Origin: Pseudomonadota bacterium
GTDB lineage: Bacteria > Pseudomonadota > Alphaproteobacteria > Sphingomonadales > SMXR01
Assembly (NCBI GenBank): GCA_022566215.1
Contig: JADFJJ010000005.1
Span: 1-61,764, forward strand
Length of the DNA: 61,764 nt
Direction: 5' to 3'
Shown here piece by piece: positions 19,028 to 28,379 of this stretch. A program made the position numbers and the translations under genes. Position 1 is the stretch's first letter; each line of letters opens with the position of its first letter. The notes under the pieces are model-generated. The model made no database searches and had not been told where the DNA came from. It saw nothing but the letters and a program-made list of their open reading frames with translations.

Positions 19028-19054
19028 GTTACTTTCTAGTAACATTATTTAATC
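19028..19054. promoter_or_regulatory. operator-like site B: perfect palindrome GTTACT-TTCT-AGTAAC followed by ATTATTTAATC
   Basis: Immediately upstream of the TetR coding start; a likely autoregulatory operator. Confidence 0.5.
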
Positions 19055-19205
19055 ATGCATACAATGGAAAGAGAATTTTTTAAATAAACGAAAGAAGAAT
19101 ATTGATAAAAAATGGGTAAATTATAGCCTTTATTGGCAGGATTTATCCTTATGTCAGCAAGGGCCTTTAGGGAAAATATTGGACCAGTGATCTGGCCTTT
19201 AAAGA

Positions 19206-20888
19206 TTAATCCCGCCGATAGATAATCTTTCCATCGACCACGGTCATGACGACCTCGACCTCAAGAATTTCCGCTTCCGGGATGGTCATGATATCGCCTG
19301 AAAAGACCGTAAAGTCAGCCAGTTTCCCGGCCTCGATGGTGCCCAGATCATCCTCCATAAACGCAGCATAAGCCGGCCAGATGGTAAACATTTTGAGGGC
19401 TTCCTCTCTGCTGACCGCCAGTTCCGGATGCCAGCCCTGACCGGAAAATCCCGACAGATCCTTCCTGGCGACCGCGGCATAAAACTCTACCCTGGGATCG
19501 CCGCGCTCGACCGGGGCGTCGGTTCCGCCGGCAATAATCGCCCCCGCATCAATCAATAAACGCCAGGCATAGGCCCCCGACAGACGCTCCAGGCCAAGCC
19601 GCTCCGGGGCAAAATGCAAATCGCCAATCGCGTGCGAGGGCTGCATCGAAGGGATAACGCCTAATTCTGCAAAGCGCGGAATATCAGCCAAATTCAGAAT
19701 TTGTGCATGCTCATCCCGCCAGCGGGGCTCGGCAATCGCCCGTTGATCCGCCGGGACGGCGGCAAAAGCTTCTTCGTACCAGTCCAGCAGCAGCCGGTTG
19801 CCGCCATCGCCGATAGCATGGGTATTGATCTGGATGCCAGCCTTCAGGGCCTCAATTAAAATCGGCATGACCAGCTCTTTTTTCATCTGCTGCAACCCGG
19901 TTGTTTCATCATCGGAATAAGGTTCCAGTAAAATGGCCCCACGGGATCCCAAAGATCCATCGATATAAAGTTTGATGGCCCGGGTGGTAATCAAACCATT
20001 TTGAGGGGTTTGTATCCGATTGCTAAAAAACCCCAGAACCTCCGGGTTTCCGCCATTCAGGGAGTTATAGACCCGAAGGGTCAGATGACCATCCCGGGCC
20101 AGGCCCTCAATGAGCTGGACATCCGCCAAAGGAACCGACATGGAATGAACACCGGTCCAGCCATAGGCATTATAAACGGCCCCGCCCACTTGATACATAT
20201 TGATAATTTCTTGTTGTGAAGGATCGGAAAAAGCAATTTCCGCCACCAGAGACATTGCGGCATCTATTAAAATCCCGTTGGGATTTCCAGCTTCATCCAA
20301 AACAACATCACCGCCAAAGGGAACTTCTGTTGTGGCGGTCAGGCCGGCGGCATTCATCATACTGGTATTTACCACTGCGGCGTGGCCATCCGCCCGGATT
20401 AGAATAACCGGGTTTGCCGGGGATATTGCATCCAGGTCGGCCGCCGTTGGAAACCGGCCCTCAGGCCAGTGGGTTTCAATCCAGCCCCGGCCTGTAATCA
20501 CCTCACCAGGGGAGGCGCTTTCAATCCTGGTCTTAATTTTTTCCACCAATTCGGCAAGGGAGGATGTTCCTTCCAGATTAAGCGTCTGCTCCCGGTTGCC
20601 AACCGCCCTGAGATGGGTATGGGCATCGGTGAAGCCGGGATACATATAGGCGCCGCCGAGATCAACCACCGCACCGTCTGGCGCCGTTTTCAAAGCTTCC
20701 TGTTCTGCCCCAACAAAAACTATCCGGTTGCCCTCGACCACCACGGCCTCGACCACGGGATTTGCATCGTCCCCGGTGTAGATCGTCCCGTTAAGGAAAA
20801 TTTTGGCTCGGGTTTTGGCCTCATCAGTCGCCTCCCCGCAGGAAAACAGAAACAGGCTGGCAAACAAAACTTTTATAAACAAAGGCAT
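19206..20888 (-). CDS. amidohydrolase family (Amidohydro_3 / YtcJ-like) metal-dependent hydrolase, lipoprotein
   Basis: 560 aa; lipobox LFLFSCG; metal-binding FTDAHTHL motif. Confidence 0.85.
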   Translation of the reverse strand: MPLFIKVLFASLFLFSCGEATDEAKTRAKIFLNGTIYTGDDANPVVEAVVVEGNRIVFVGAEQEALKTAPDGAVVDLGGAYMYPGFTDAHTHLRAVGNREQTLNLEGTSSLAELVEKIKTRIESASPGEVITGRGWIETHWPEGRFPTAADLDAISPANPVILIRADGHAAVVNTSMMNAAGLTATTEVPFGGDVVLDEAGNPNGILIDAAMSLVAEIAFSDPSQQEIINMYQVGGAVYNAYGWTGVHSMSVPLADVQLIEGLARDGHLTLRVYNSLNGGNPEVLGFFSNRIQTPQNGLITTRAIKLYIDGSLGSRGAILLEPYSDDETTGLQQMKKELVMPILIEALKAGIQINTHAIGDGGNRLLLDWYEEAFAAVPADQRAIAEPRWRDEHAQILNLADIPRFAELGVIPSMQPSHAIGDLHFAPERLGLERLSGAYAWRLLIDAGAIIAGGTDAPVERGDPRVEFYAAVARKDLSGFSGQGWHPELAVSREEALKMFTIWPAYAAFMEDDLGTIEAGKLADFTVFSGDIMTIPEAEILEVEVVMTVVDGKIIYRRD

Positions 20889-20907
20889 GACATTCCCCCG
20901 GGATTGT

Positions 20908-21162
20908 TTAAAAATTTCCGGTTTTTTTCCGCACCACTATCAGCACGGCAATCACTGCGGCCGCCGCCAGGATAACCAGGGCGAGAATCCCAACCAGCAT
21001 CAGAACTTCCCGGAGCCAGCCCCAGGCATCGGTCACCCCAAAAAACCGGTAGGTCAAAAAGACCAGATAAAAAACCAGCGCGGTCATCAAAACAACCCTG
21101 ATCGAGGTTAAATGCCGTCTCTTTGAGGTTTTGCCTTCGGGTTTGTTTTTTTGCCGTGCCAT
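20908..21162 (-). CDS. small two-helix membrane protein
   Basis: 84 aa; basic N-terminus and two long hydrophobic segments; between pspF and the amidohydrolase on the same strand. Confidence 0.5.
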   Translation of the reverse strand: MARQKNKPEGKTSKRRHLTSIRVVLMTALVFYLVFLTYRFFGVTDAWGWLREVLMLVGILALVILAAAAVIAVLIVVRKKTGNF

Positions 21163-21214
21163 CGCCGCCTATCTTAAGGCCATGTCCCGGCTCCGGCAAG
21201 ACCTTCCAAGACCG

Positions 21215-22252
21215 TTACAACAGGCCGTGCTTTTTAATTGCGTGGCGCAACTGGTCATAGCTCAGAGACAGATGACGCGCGGTCTCTTTTTGGCGATAGC
21301 GGTTGGCCACCAGCGCCTCTTTCAGAAGCGCCCGCTCCACTCCCGCCAGAGTTTCCTTAAGGTTCAGGGGCTGCCGGGCGGAGGGAAGGGTGTTTTCCCT
21401 GGGCTTGGCTGGCGGCGGCTCAGCCCCGGCTTTATCCTTTTCGGTTCCGGCCGCCGCACCGGGCCGCCAGGGGTTTTCAAACGGGTCAAGCGCCAGCTCA
21501 CTTATGGCGGCGTTCTTTTTCGCACTCTTACAGACCGCGCGTTCCACCGCGTTTTTCAGCTCGCGCACGTTTCCCGGCCACGGGTAGTCGATCAAAACCT
21601 CCTGGACCTGGCGTGTGAACCCGGGAAAACGCCGCCAGCCCAATTCCTGGGAGATGCCGCGGCCGAAATGGAACGCCAGCTCCATGATATCTTCCTTGCG
21701 GGCGCGAAGCGGCGGCACCGTCAGGACGTCAAAGGCCAGGCGGTCCAGAAGGTCGGCCCGAAATTCGCCCTGGTCCGCCATCGCCGGCAGGTCGACATTG
21801 GCGGCGGCCATGATCCGGACATCGACGCTAAGGGTCTCGGCGCCGCCGATCCGTTCAAACTGGCCGTATTCAATTACCCGCAGCAGCTTTTCCTGGGCGG
21901 CATGGCTCATCGAGGCAATCTCATCGAGAAACAGCGAACCCCCATCCGCCAGTTCAAACCGGCCCTGGCGGCGCCGGGTGGCCCCGGTAAAAGCGCCCTG
22001 CTCGAACCCGAACAGTTCACTTTCCAGCAGGGTTTCCGGTAATGCCGCGCAGTTCAATTTAATGTAAGTGTTTTCCCAGCGCTTCGAGAGGTAATGCAAG
22101 CGCGCCGCGATCAGCTCCTTGCCGGTCCCGCGCTCGCCGACAATCAGAACCGGGCGGTCGAGCGGCGCCAGCAAGGAGACCTGGTCCAGCAAATCCATAA
22201 AAATCCTGGAATTGCCCAGGATTTGAATATCCCCTTGTTCTGAATAGCTCAT
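21215..22252 (-). CDS. pspF: sigma54-dependent activator PspF (no receiver domain)
   Basis: 345 aa; AAA+ Walker A GERGTGKE, GAFTGA loop, C-terminal HTH; divergent from pspA. Confidence 0.9.
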   Translation of the reverse strand: MSYSEQGDIQILGNSRIFMDLLDQVSLLAPLDRPVLIVGERGTGKELIAARLHYLSKRWENTYIKLNCAALPETLLESELFGFEQGAFTGATRRRQGRFELADGGSLFLDEIASMSHAAQEKLLRVIEYGQFERIGGAETLSVDVRIMAAANVDLPAMADQGEFRADLLDRLAFDVLTVPPLRARKEDIMELAFHFGRGISQELGWRRFPGFTRQVQEVLIDYPWPGNVRELKNAVERAVCKSAKKNAAISELALDPFENPWRPGAAAGTEKDKAGAEPPPAKPRENTLPSARQPLNLKETLAGVERALLKEALVANRYRQKETARHLSLSYDQLRHAIKKHGLL

Positions 22253-22377
22253 ATTCCTATTATTTGGTTTTTTTTACTATTTTCAAGTCTTTTTTACTAT
22301 TTTATTTTTACAGCATTTTGGTTGAATAAACTAATTTTCCCAGTGTTTTCAATGCCTTAGGTAAGATTTGAAGAAGT

Positions 22378-22392
22378 TGGCACGCTTCTTGC
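22378..22392 (+). promoter_or_regulatory. sigma54 (-24/-12) promoter
   Basis: TGGCAC-GCTTC-TTGC exact consensus spacing, facing pspA; AT-rich upstream region has two TTTTTACTATTTT copies 20 bp apart (22271, 22291). Confidence 0.8.
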
Positions 22393-22447
22393 TCTTATAG
22401 GGGTGAAACACCCTGAAAAAATCAGGGGAAAAAGAGGAACATAACAG

Positions 22448-22621
22448 ATGAACATACTAATGACCCTCACGGAAGCGATGCAGAGCGCCGGTGAAATGGA
22501 CCGTGAAAGCCGTGCTATTCTAGGTCTTTGCAACACCTCCCCCAAAACCAGCGGCCACCGTTATGATCCTGCCTACAGCGCTTATTTGCGCCGGCGGGAG
22601 CGCGTCCGGCGGGCCGCCTGA
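22448..22621 (+). CDS. candidate 57-codon ORF in the psp leader (unlisted, hypothetical)
   Basis: ATG preceded by GAGGAACATAACAG. Translation: MNILMTLTEAMQSAGEMDRESRAILGLCNTSPKTSGHRYDPAYSAYLRRRERVRRAA. Lies between the sigma54 promoter and pspA. Confidence 0.3.
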   Translation: MNILMTLTEAMQSAGEMDRESRAILGLCNTSPKTSGHRYDPAYSAYLRRRERVRRAA

Positions 22622-22675
22622 ATAAAAGGTCAAAGCTGGCCTGAGCCACGACAGATTAAAGAAAGGAACAAAAAC

Positions 22676-23410
22676 ATGGGTATTTTTTCAAGACTGACAG
22701 ACATTATTAATTCCAACATCAACTCGATCCTGGACAAGGCGGAGGATCCGGAAAAGATCATCCGCATGATCATCCAGGAAATGGAAGACACGCTGGTTGA
22801 GGTACGGTCATCCGCCGCCCGCGCGATTGCCGACCAGAAGGACGTCGAGCGCAAAATGAAACGCCTCGGCGAAATCGTAAACGACTGGCAGCGGAAAGCC
22901 GAGCTGGCGCTCACCAAGGGCCGTGAAGACCTGGCCAAAGCCTCTCTGGTGGAAAAATCAGAGGCGCTTGAGACCGCCAAATTCCTCGGCGAGGAGCTGG
23001 AGTACCTGCAGGAAGCCCTGAGGCGCAACGAGGATGACATTGTCAAGCTGGAGGCCAAGCTGCGTGAAGCCAGGGCCAAGAAGGCAACCATCGATGCCCG
23101 CCACAAAACCGCCACCAGTCATGTCCGGGTCAAGCGCACCCTGCATGATAACCGGATCACAGATGCCTTTGAGCGTTTCGATAAGGTGGAAGGGCGCCTC
23201 GACCGTCTGGAAGCCGAAGCTGAAAGCTATGATTTGGGCAAGGGCCGCTCGCTCGCCGATGAGATCGAGGACCTGGAGCGCAATGAAGCCATTGAAAAAG
23301 AGTTCGCAGCCCTTAAATCAAAAATGGGCAAAGGCCCTTCCAAAAACGTCAACCCGCCGGCGACGATTTCCAAGTCGGTGCCGGCCACCATTGATAAGGG
23401 AAGGAAATAA
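22676..23410 (+). CDS. pspA: phage shock protein A
   Basis: 244 aa; MGIFSRLTDIINSNINSILDKAEDPEKIIRMIIQEMEDTL is a canonical PspA/IM30 N-terminus. Confidence 0.95.
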   Translation: MGIFSRLTDIINSNINSILDKAEDPEKIIRMIIQEMEDTLVEVRSSAARAIADQKDVERKMKRLGEIVNDWQRKAELALTKGREDLAKASLVEKSEALETAKFLGEELEYLQEALRRNEDDIVKLEAKLREARAKKATIDARHKTATSHVRVKRTLHDNRITDAFERFDKVEGRLDRLEAEAESYDLGKGRSLADEIEDLERNEAIEKEFAALKSKMGKGPSKNVNPPATISKSVPATIDKGRK

Positions 23411-23413
23411 ATT

Positions 23414-23647
23414 GTGGATGGAGGAATCTTACCCATCCTGGCGCTGACGGTTGTCGCCCCGATTGCCATAATCGGCCATTACGTGACCAAATGGAAAGCG
23501 ATGAAGCAAGTTACGCCAAAGGATGAAGAAAACATGGGTTCGCTGCGTGAGAGGGCCGAAAAGCTGGAGGACCGGCTGGAAAGCCTGGAGCGGATTCTGG
23601 ACGATGAAATCCCCGACTGGAGGCGCCGGACCCATGACCGATTATAG
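23414..23647 (+). CDS. pspB: phage shock protein B
   Basis: 77 aa; single TM then LESLERILDDEIPDWRRR, like E. coli PspB. Confidence 0.9.
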   Translation: MDGGILPILALTVVAPIAIIGHYVTKWKAMKQVTPKDEENMGSLRERAEKLEDRLESLERILDDEIPDWRRRTHDRL

Positions 23648-24083
23648 CCCGAGAAAGCTGTACCGCAACACCCGTGACGCCAAGCTCATGGGAGTATGCG
23701 CGGGCCTTGCGGATTATCTGGATGTCCGGACCTGCGTCATCAGAATCCTGACCATTCTCGCCATAATCTTTTCCGGAGGATGGGTGATCGCGCTCTACGT
23801 GGTGATGGGGTTTGTCCTGGACCCGATGCCCGAGCATTTTTACCAGCCACGGCCGGCCCCGGAACCGGTTCGCTCCACAAGACGGGAACGGCGGCGCGAA
23901 CGAAGGGAACAGCGCCGAGACCGCCGTTACTGGCAGCGTACCGAACCGTCCCAGCCCGATTACGATACCCGCGACGTCAGGCGGCGCTATGAGACCATCG
24001 AACAGCGCCTTCGGAACCTGGAAGCGTACATGACATCAAAGAAATTCCGGCTTGACCGGGAACTCAGAGGACTTGAAGACTGA
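23634..24083 (+). CDS. pspC: phage shock protein C
   Basis: Internal ATG of ORF 23523..24083 overlapping the pspB end; LYRNTRDAKLMGVCAGLADYL PspC domain, a TM segment and a C-terminal coiled segment. Confidence 0.85.
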   Translation: MTDYSPRKLYRNTRDAKLMGVCAGLADYLDVRTCVIRILTILAIIFSGGWVIALYVVMGFVLDPMPEHFYQPRPAPEPVRSTRRERRRERREQRRDRRYWQRTEPSQPDYDTRDVRRRYETIEQRLRNLEAYMTSKKFRLDRELRGLED

Positions 24084-24134
24084 TCCCCATCCCAACCTCC
24101 CTTAAAGCAAAGGTTTCAGGTTCTCAAAATACCA

Positions 24135-24170
24135 AACAGGCCCCGGCCCTCTCCCGGGGCCTGTTTTTAT
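24135..24170 (+). terminator. rho-independent terminator after pspC
   Basis: ACAGGCCCCGG-CCCTCTC-CCGGGGCCTGT followed by TTTTTAT. Confidence 0.8.
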
Positions 24171-24233
24171 GCCATGTCTGTTTTTATGCTATAATATTGA
24201 CAAACCAGGGTGTACCCCTCACATCAGGGCAAT

Positions 24234-24677
24234 ATGGACATGCAAATACATACCCCCCTCAAGGGCACAACGCTTGAGGATGTGCTCGAGACCTTTGAGG
24301 TGCTCGAGGACTGGGAAGACCGTTACCGTTACCTGATCGAGCTGGGCCGCAAGCTTCCCCCCTATCCGGAAAAGGCCCGGACCGAGGCGCACAAGGTCCG
24401 GGGCTGTGTCAGCCAGGTGTGGCTGAACCCCCATTTCAGTGATGACGCCCCGCCGCTTTTCACCTTTGACGGCGACAGTGACGCCCATATTGTCCGCGGC
24501 CTGGTGGCCCTTATGATGCTGCTTTTCAGCGGCAAGACATGTGAGGAAATTCTTAGCACAGACGCCAAGGCAATTTTGGAACAGCTGGGTTTGTCCAAAC
24601 ACCTCTCGCCGATGCGCACCAACGGGCTTTATTCAATGCTCGGGCGCATCCAGGATCTGGCCCAGGCTGCCGCATAA
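24234..24677 (+). CDS. sufE: cysteine desulfuration protein SufE
   Basis: ORF opens at GTG 24210; ATG 24234 preferred. KVRGCVSQVWL active-site Cys motif. Confidence 0.88.
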   Translation: MDMQIHTPLKGTTLEDVLETFEVLEDWEDRYRYLIELGRKLPPYPEKARTEAHKVRGCVSQVWLNPHFSDDAPPLFTFDGDSDAHIVRGLVALMMLLFSGKTCEEILSTDAKAILEQLGLSKHLSPMRTNGLYSMLGRIQDLAQAAA

Positions 24678-24712
24678 AAAAAGGGCCCCAATATTGAGGC
24701 CCTTTAATTTTC
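24674..24712. terminator. bidirectional hairpin between convergent sufE and the NSS transporter gene
   Basis: A-run, AAGGGCC...GGCCCTT stem, T-rich tail. Confidence 0.55.
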
Positions 24713-24726
24713 CCTTTAATCCCCGA

Positions 24727-26160
24727 TCAGGTCAAACCGGAAATAATGATAATAATCAACACCACCGGGCATACATATTTCACCAGCACGTGCCAGATCT
24801 TGAAAATGCCGCCTTCGGGCAAACCCATTTCGTCGCGCATATCTTCCCTGAGCACTACCCAGCCGGCAAAGATGGCCAATAACAGGCCGCCTACCGGCAT
24901 AATGATGCTGCTGACAGTAAAGTCGATCAGGGTATAGAAAGTGGCCGGATTTCCATTCACTTCGGTAATACCGACAAATCCAAGCGGCATTAAATCAGCC
25001 CATTCATTGTAGGAAAAGACCGACAACAGGCCGATGACAAAGGCCGCCCCGCCGGCAAAGATAGCCGACTTCCACCGGTTCATGCCCTGTTTTTCCTCGA
25101 AGTACGAGACCGCCGGTTCCAGCAGTGAAATCGAAGAGGTAATCGCGGCAATCGCCAGCAGGATAAAGAACAGGGTGCCGAAAATCGCCCCGCCGGGCAT
25201 CGCGCCAAAAGCGATCGGCAGGGTTTCAAAAATCAGGCTGGGTCCCTGATCAACTTCAAGCCCGTAAGCAAAAACCAGCGGGAAAATGGCCAGGCCGGCT
25301 ATCAGGGCAACCGCGGTGTCGGAGGCGGCGATAATACCGGCTGATTTATGAATGCTGATGTTTTTAGGCAAATACGCCCCGTAAGCCAGCATCGTCCCAA
25401 CCGTCAGGCTTAGGGAGAAGAACGCCTGTCCAACCGCCGCCAAGACAGTTTCACCGGTCACTTTGGAAAAATCCGGCTCAAACAGATACCTCACGGCTTG
25501 GGCGAATTCTCCGGCCGCCATGGCATATCCAACCAGCACCAAAAGGATCAGGAAAAGAGCCGGCATAAGGTAAGTGACCGCCTTTTCAAGGCCGGCGTTA
25601 ATGCCCCGCGCAACAATGAAAACGGTAAAACCGATAAAAACCAGATGCCAGAAAATCATTACCCCGGGTTCGCCGAACAGCCCGTTGATTTCACCCGCGG
25701 ACTGGACCCGGACAGCGGCATTGGCGGCATCGCCGGTGAGCGCCGCCACACTGGGGTCGGCCCAGAAACCGGCGAACACACCCATCGCGGCCTTGATAAT
25801 GTAAGCCAGCACCAATCCGGCGATGACACTGTAATAACTCAACAGGCCAAGGCCGCCGCCAAATGAGCCGAGGCCGCCGATCCAGCTCCAGCGGGGGTTT
25901 TTCTTCGCAGCTTTAGCCAGTTTTTTCACCGAATTAATCGGGCTCATGCCGCCTCTGCGGCCGATCGTCAGCTCCGCCATCAGGACCGGCACGCCAATGA
26001 ACAGAACAAAGGCAATATAGATCAGAACAAACGCGCTGCCGCCATATTCACCGGCCATATACGGAAAGCGCCAGATATTTCCCAAACCGACCGCGCTTCC
26101 CACCGCGGCAAAAATAAAGGCCATGCGCGATGACCATTGTTCGTGTGGACCTGATGCCAT
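24727..26160 (-). CDS. sodium-dependent transporter (neurotransmitter:sodium symporter family)
   Basis: 477 aa polytopic; SAVGLGNIWRFPY signature. Confidence 0.9.
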   Translation of the reverse strand: MASGPHEQWSSRMAFIFAAVGSAVGLGNIWRFPYMAGEYGGSAFVLIYIAFVLFIGVPVLMAELTIGRRGGMSPINSVKKLAKAAKKNPRWSWIGGLGSFGGGLGLLSYYSVIAGLVLAYIIKAAMGVFAGFWADPSVAALTGDAANAAVRVQSAGEINGLFGEPGVMIFWHLVFIGFTVFIVARGINAGLEKAVTYLMPALFLILLVLVGYAMAAGEFAQAVRYLFEPDFSKVTGETVLAAVGQAFFSLSLTVGTMLAYGAYLPKNISIHKSAGIIAASDTAVALIAGLAIFPLVFAYGLEVDQGPSLIFETLPIAFGAMPGGAIFGTLFFILLAIAAITSSISLLEPAVSYFEEKQGMNRWKSAIFAGGAAFVIGLLSVFSYNEWADLMPLGFVGITEVNGNPATFYTLIDFTVSSIIMPVGGLLLAIFAGWVVLREDMRDEMGLPEGGIFKIWHVLVKYVCPVVLIIIIISGLT

Positions 26161-26240
26161 TTTGTATTTCCCCCCGAAGAATTATTTTAAGGGGAACACT
26201 TTAACGGCAAAAGTTGGGCCGTCAACCGGCTTTCTCCTCA

Positions 26241-26765
26241 CTATTTTGCCAACGGGGAAAACCGCCCTTTCAGGACCTCGTAGGCGAACGTCAGGCGCTG
26301 AAATTTCTGGTCCGCCTCCTGGTCCCCCTTGTTCAGGTCGGGATGGTATTTTTTCACCAGTTTTCGGTACTGGCTTTTTATCTCCGCCAGGGTCGCCGGC
26401 GGCTCCAGTTTCAACTCTTTCAGGGCATCGCGTTCGACTTTTGAAAAGCCGTGTTGATCTACCTTGCCGCCCCAGCTCCAGACATCGGCCTTGGCGTAAC
26501 TGCCCGATTTTTGCCGCTCAGCCTTGGCGTAAGCCTTGGCTTCCTCGTCCTTCATGCCCTCGAAAAAATTCCAGTTCTTGTTGTATTCCGCAACATGGCC
26601 GGTGCAGAACCACCATTTTTCATCCGTGTGCGGGGATTTCGGGGCCGGGTGCTCGCCTTTTTTATCGCAGCCCTGGTAATCACAAAGCCTGATCTGGGCA
26701 GTGTCACGGTTGGTGCGGTATTCACTCCACCTCGGGAAGCCCCAGTGTTTTTTCAATCCGGCCAT
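26241..26765 (-). CDS. J-domain-containing protein
   Basis: 174 aa; C-terminal J domain with KKYHPDLNKGD. Confidence 0.8.
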   Translation of the reverse strand: MAGLKKHWGFPRWSEYRTNRDTAQIRLCDYQGCDKKGEHPAPKSPHTDEKWWFCTGHVAEYNKNWNFFEGMKDEEAKAYAKAERQKSGSYAKADVWSWGGKVDQHGFSKVERDALKELKLEPPATLAEIKSQYRKLVKKYHPDLNKGDQEADQKFQRLTFAYEVLKGRFSPLAK

Positions 26766-26774
26766 GAGCTTTGA

Positions 26775-28379
26775 TTACGCTGCGTTCGGCGCAGCGGCAA
26801 GAACCTCTTTGTCCACGTAATCCTCAAACTCGACAAAGTTTTCTATAAACTGGCCTACCAGCATTTTGGCTTTTTTATCGTACGCTGCCTGGTCGGCCCA
26901 GGTCCCGCGGGGGTCCAGAATCCCGGACGGAACTCCGGAAACTTCGGTTGGCACCTCAAGCCCGAAATTTTGGTCGGTGCGCATCGGCGCCTGCAGCAGC
27001 GAGCCATCCAGCGCCGCGCGCAAAAGAGCCCGGGTGACCTTGATCGGCATGCGCTCGCCAACCCCGTATTCACCGCCGGTCCAGCCGGTGTTGACCAGCC
27101 AGCAGCTGACCTTTCCTTCAGCGATTTTTTCCCGCAACAGATTGCCGTAAACACTCGGGTGCCGGGGCATGAAGGGGGCGCCAAAACAGGTCGAGAAGGT
27201 CGCCTGCGGTTCCTTGATTCCGATCTCGGTGCCGGCCACTTTTGCCGTGTAGCCGGAGAGGAAATGATACATCGCCTGCTCCGGCGTCAATCTGGCGATC
27301 GGCGGCAGGACCCCGAACGCGTCAGCGGTCAGCATGAAAATGTTTTTCGGCAGGGCGCCGCGGTTTTCTTTCGAGGTATTGGGAATAGAGGAAATGGGAT
27401 AGGCGGCGCGGGTATTTTCCGCCAGCGTGGCATTGTCCAGGTCGAGCTCGCGGGTTTCCGGATCCATCACGACGTTTTCCAGGATGGTCCCGAACATCCG
27501 TGTGGTGGCGTAAATTTCAGGCTCGGCTTCTTCCGAGAGCCGGATCATCTTGGCGTAACACCCGCCCTCGAAATTAAACACATACTGGTCGGACCAGCCG
27601 TGTTCGTCATCACCGATCAAAGTGCGCTCTGGGTCGGCGGACAGGGTTGTTTTGCCGGTGCCCGACAGGCCAAAGAAAATAGCAACATCGCCCCCGGGCC
27701 CGATATTGGCGGAACAGTGCATCGGCATAACCCCGGTCTCGGGCAGCAGGAAGTTCAGGATACTGAAGACCGATTTCTTGATCTCCCCGGCGTAAGCGGT
27801 GCCGCCGATCAGGACCAGGCGTTTTTCAAAATCTATCGTCACCACGGTTCCCGAATTGGTTCCATCAAGCTTGGGATCGGCCTTGAATGATGGAGCATGG
27901 AAGATGGTAAATTGGGGTTTAAAATTCTGGCGCTCCCCTGCGGTTCCCTCGATCAGCATGGTTTTGGCGAACAGGCTGTGCCAGGCGGTCTCGGTTATAA
28001 TCCGGACCGATAAGCGGTATTTTTCATCCGATCCCCCCCACAGGTCCTGGACAAAGACGTCCTTGCCCTCGAAATGCTTGAGCATTTTTTTGTGCAGGCC
28101 ATCGAATTTGTCCTGGGCAATCGGGCGGTTGACCTTGCCCCACCAAACGGTTTCCTTGGAAGCGGCGTTTTCAACGATGAATTTATCGTTGGCGGAACGC
28201 CCGGTATGTTTTCCGGTGGTGATAACCAGCGGGCCATCCTTGGCGATCAGCCCCTCGCGGCGGCGGATAGCCTCTTCATAAAGGCGGGCCGTCCCCAAAT
28301 TCCAGTACTGGTCCCTGACGCCCTTCAGGCCCTGCTGTTCAATTCCGAAGCTGCTTTTGTTAATGCCCTGACCGCTCAC
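26775..28379 (-). CDS. pckA: phosphoenolpyruvate carboxykinase (ATP)
   Basis: 534 aa; [11 protein letters not shown] kinase-1a motif. Confidence 0.96.
   Translation of the reverse strand: MSGQGINKSSFGIEQQGLKGVRDQYWNLGTARLYEEAIRRREGLIAKDGPLVITTGKHTGRSANDKFIVENAASKETVWWGKVNRPIAQDKFDGLHKKMLKHFEGKDVFVQDLWGGSDEKYRLSVRIITETAWHSLFAKTMLIEGTAGERQNFKPQFTIFHAPSFKADPKLDGTNSGTVVTIDFEKRLVLIGGTAYAGEIKKSVFSILNFLLPETGVMPMHCSANIGPGGDVAIFFGLSGTGKTTLSADPERTLIGDDEHGWSDQYVFNFEGGCYAKMIRLSEEAEPEIYATTRMFGTILENVVMDPETRELDLDNATLAENTRAAYPISSIPNTSKENRGALPKNIFMLTADAFGVLPPIARLTPEQAMYHFLSGYTAKVAGTEIGIKEPQATFSTCFGAPFMPRHPSVYGNLLREKIAEGKVSCWLVNTGWTGGEYGVGERMPIKVTRALLRAALDGSLLQAPMRTDQNFGLEVPTEVSGVPSGILDPRGTWADQAAYDKKAKMLVGQFIENFVEFEDYVDKEVLAAAPNAA

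Noticed and set aside
22357-22545. 62-aa minus-strand ORF in the psp leader.
   Set aside because: It runs antisense through the sigma54 promoter, has no RBS, and would collide with the psp transcript. The plus-strand 57-codon ORF is the better (still tentative) candidate.
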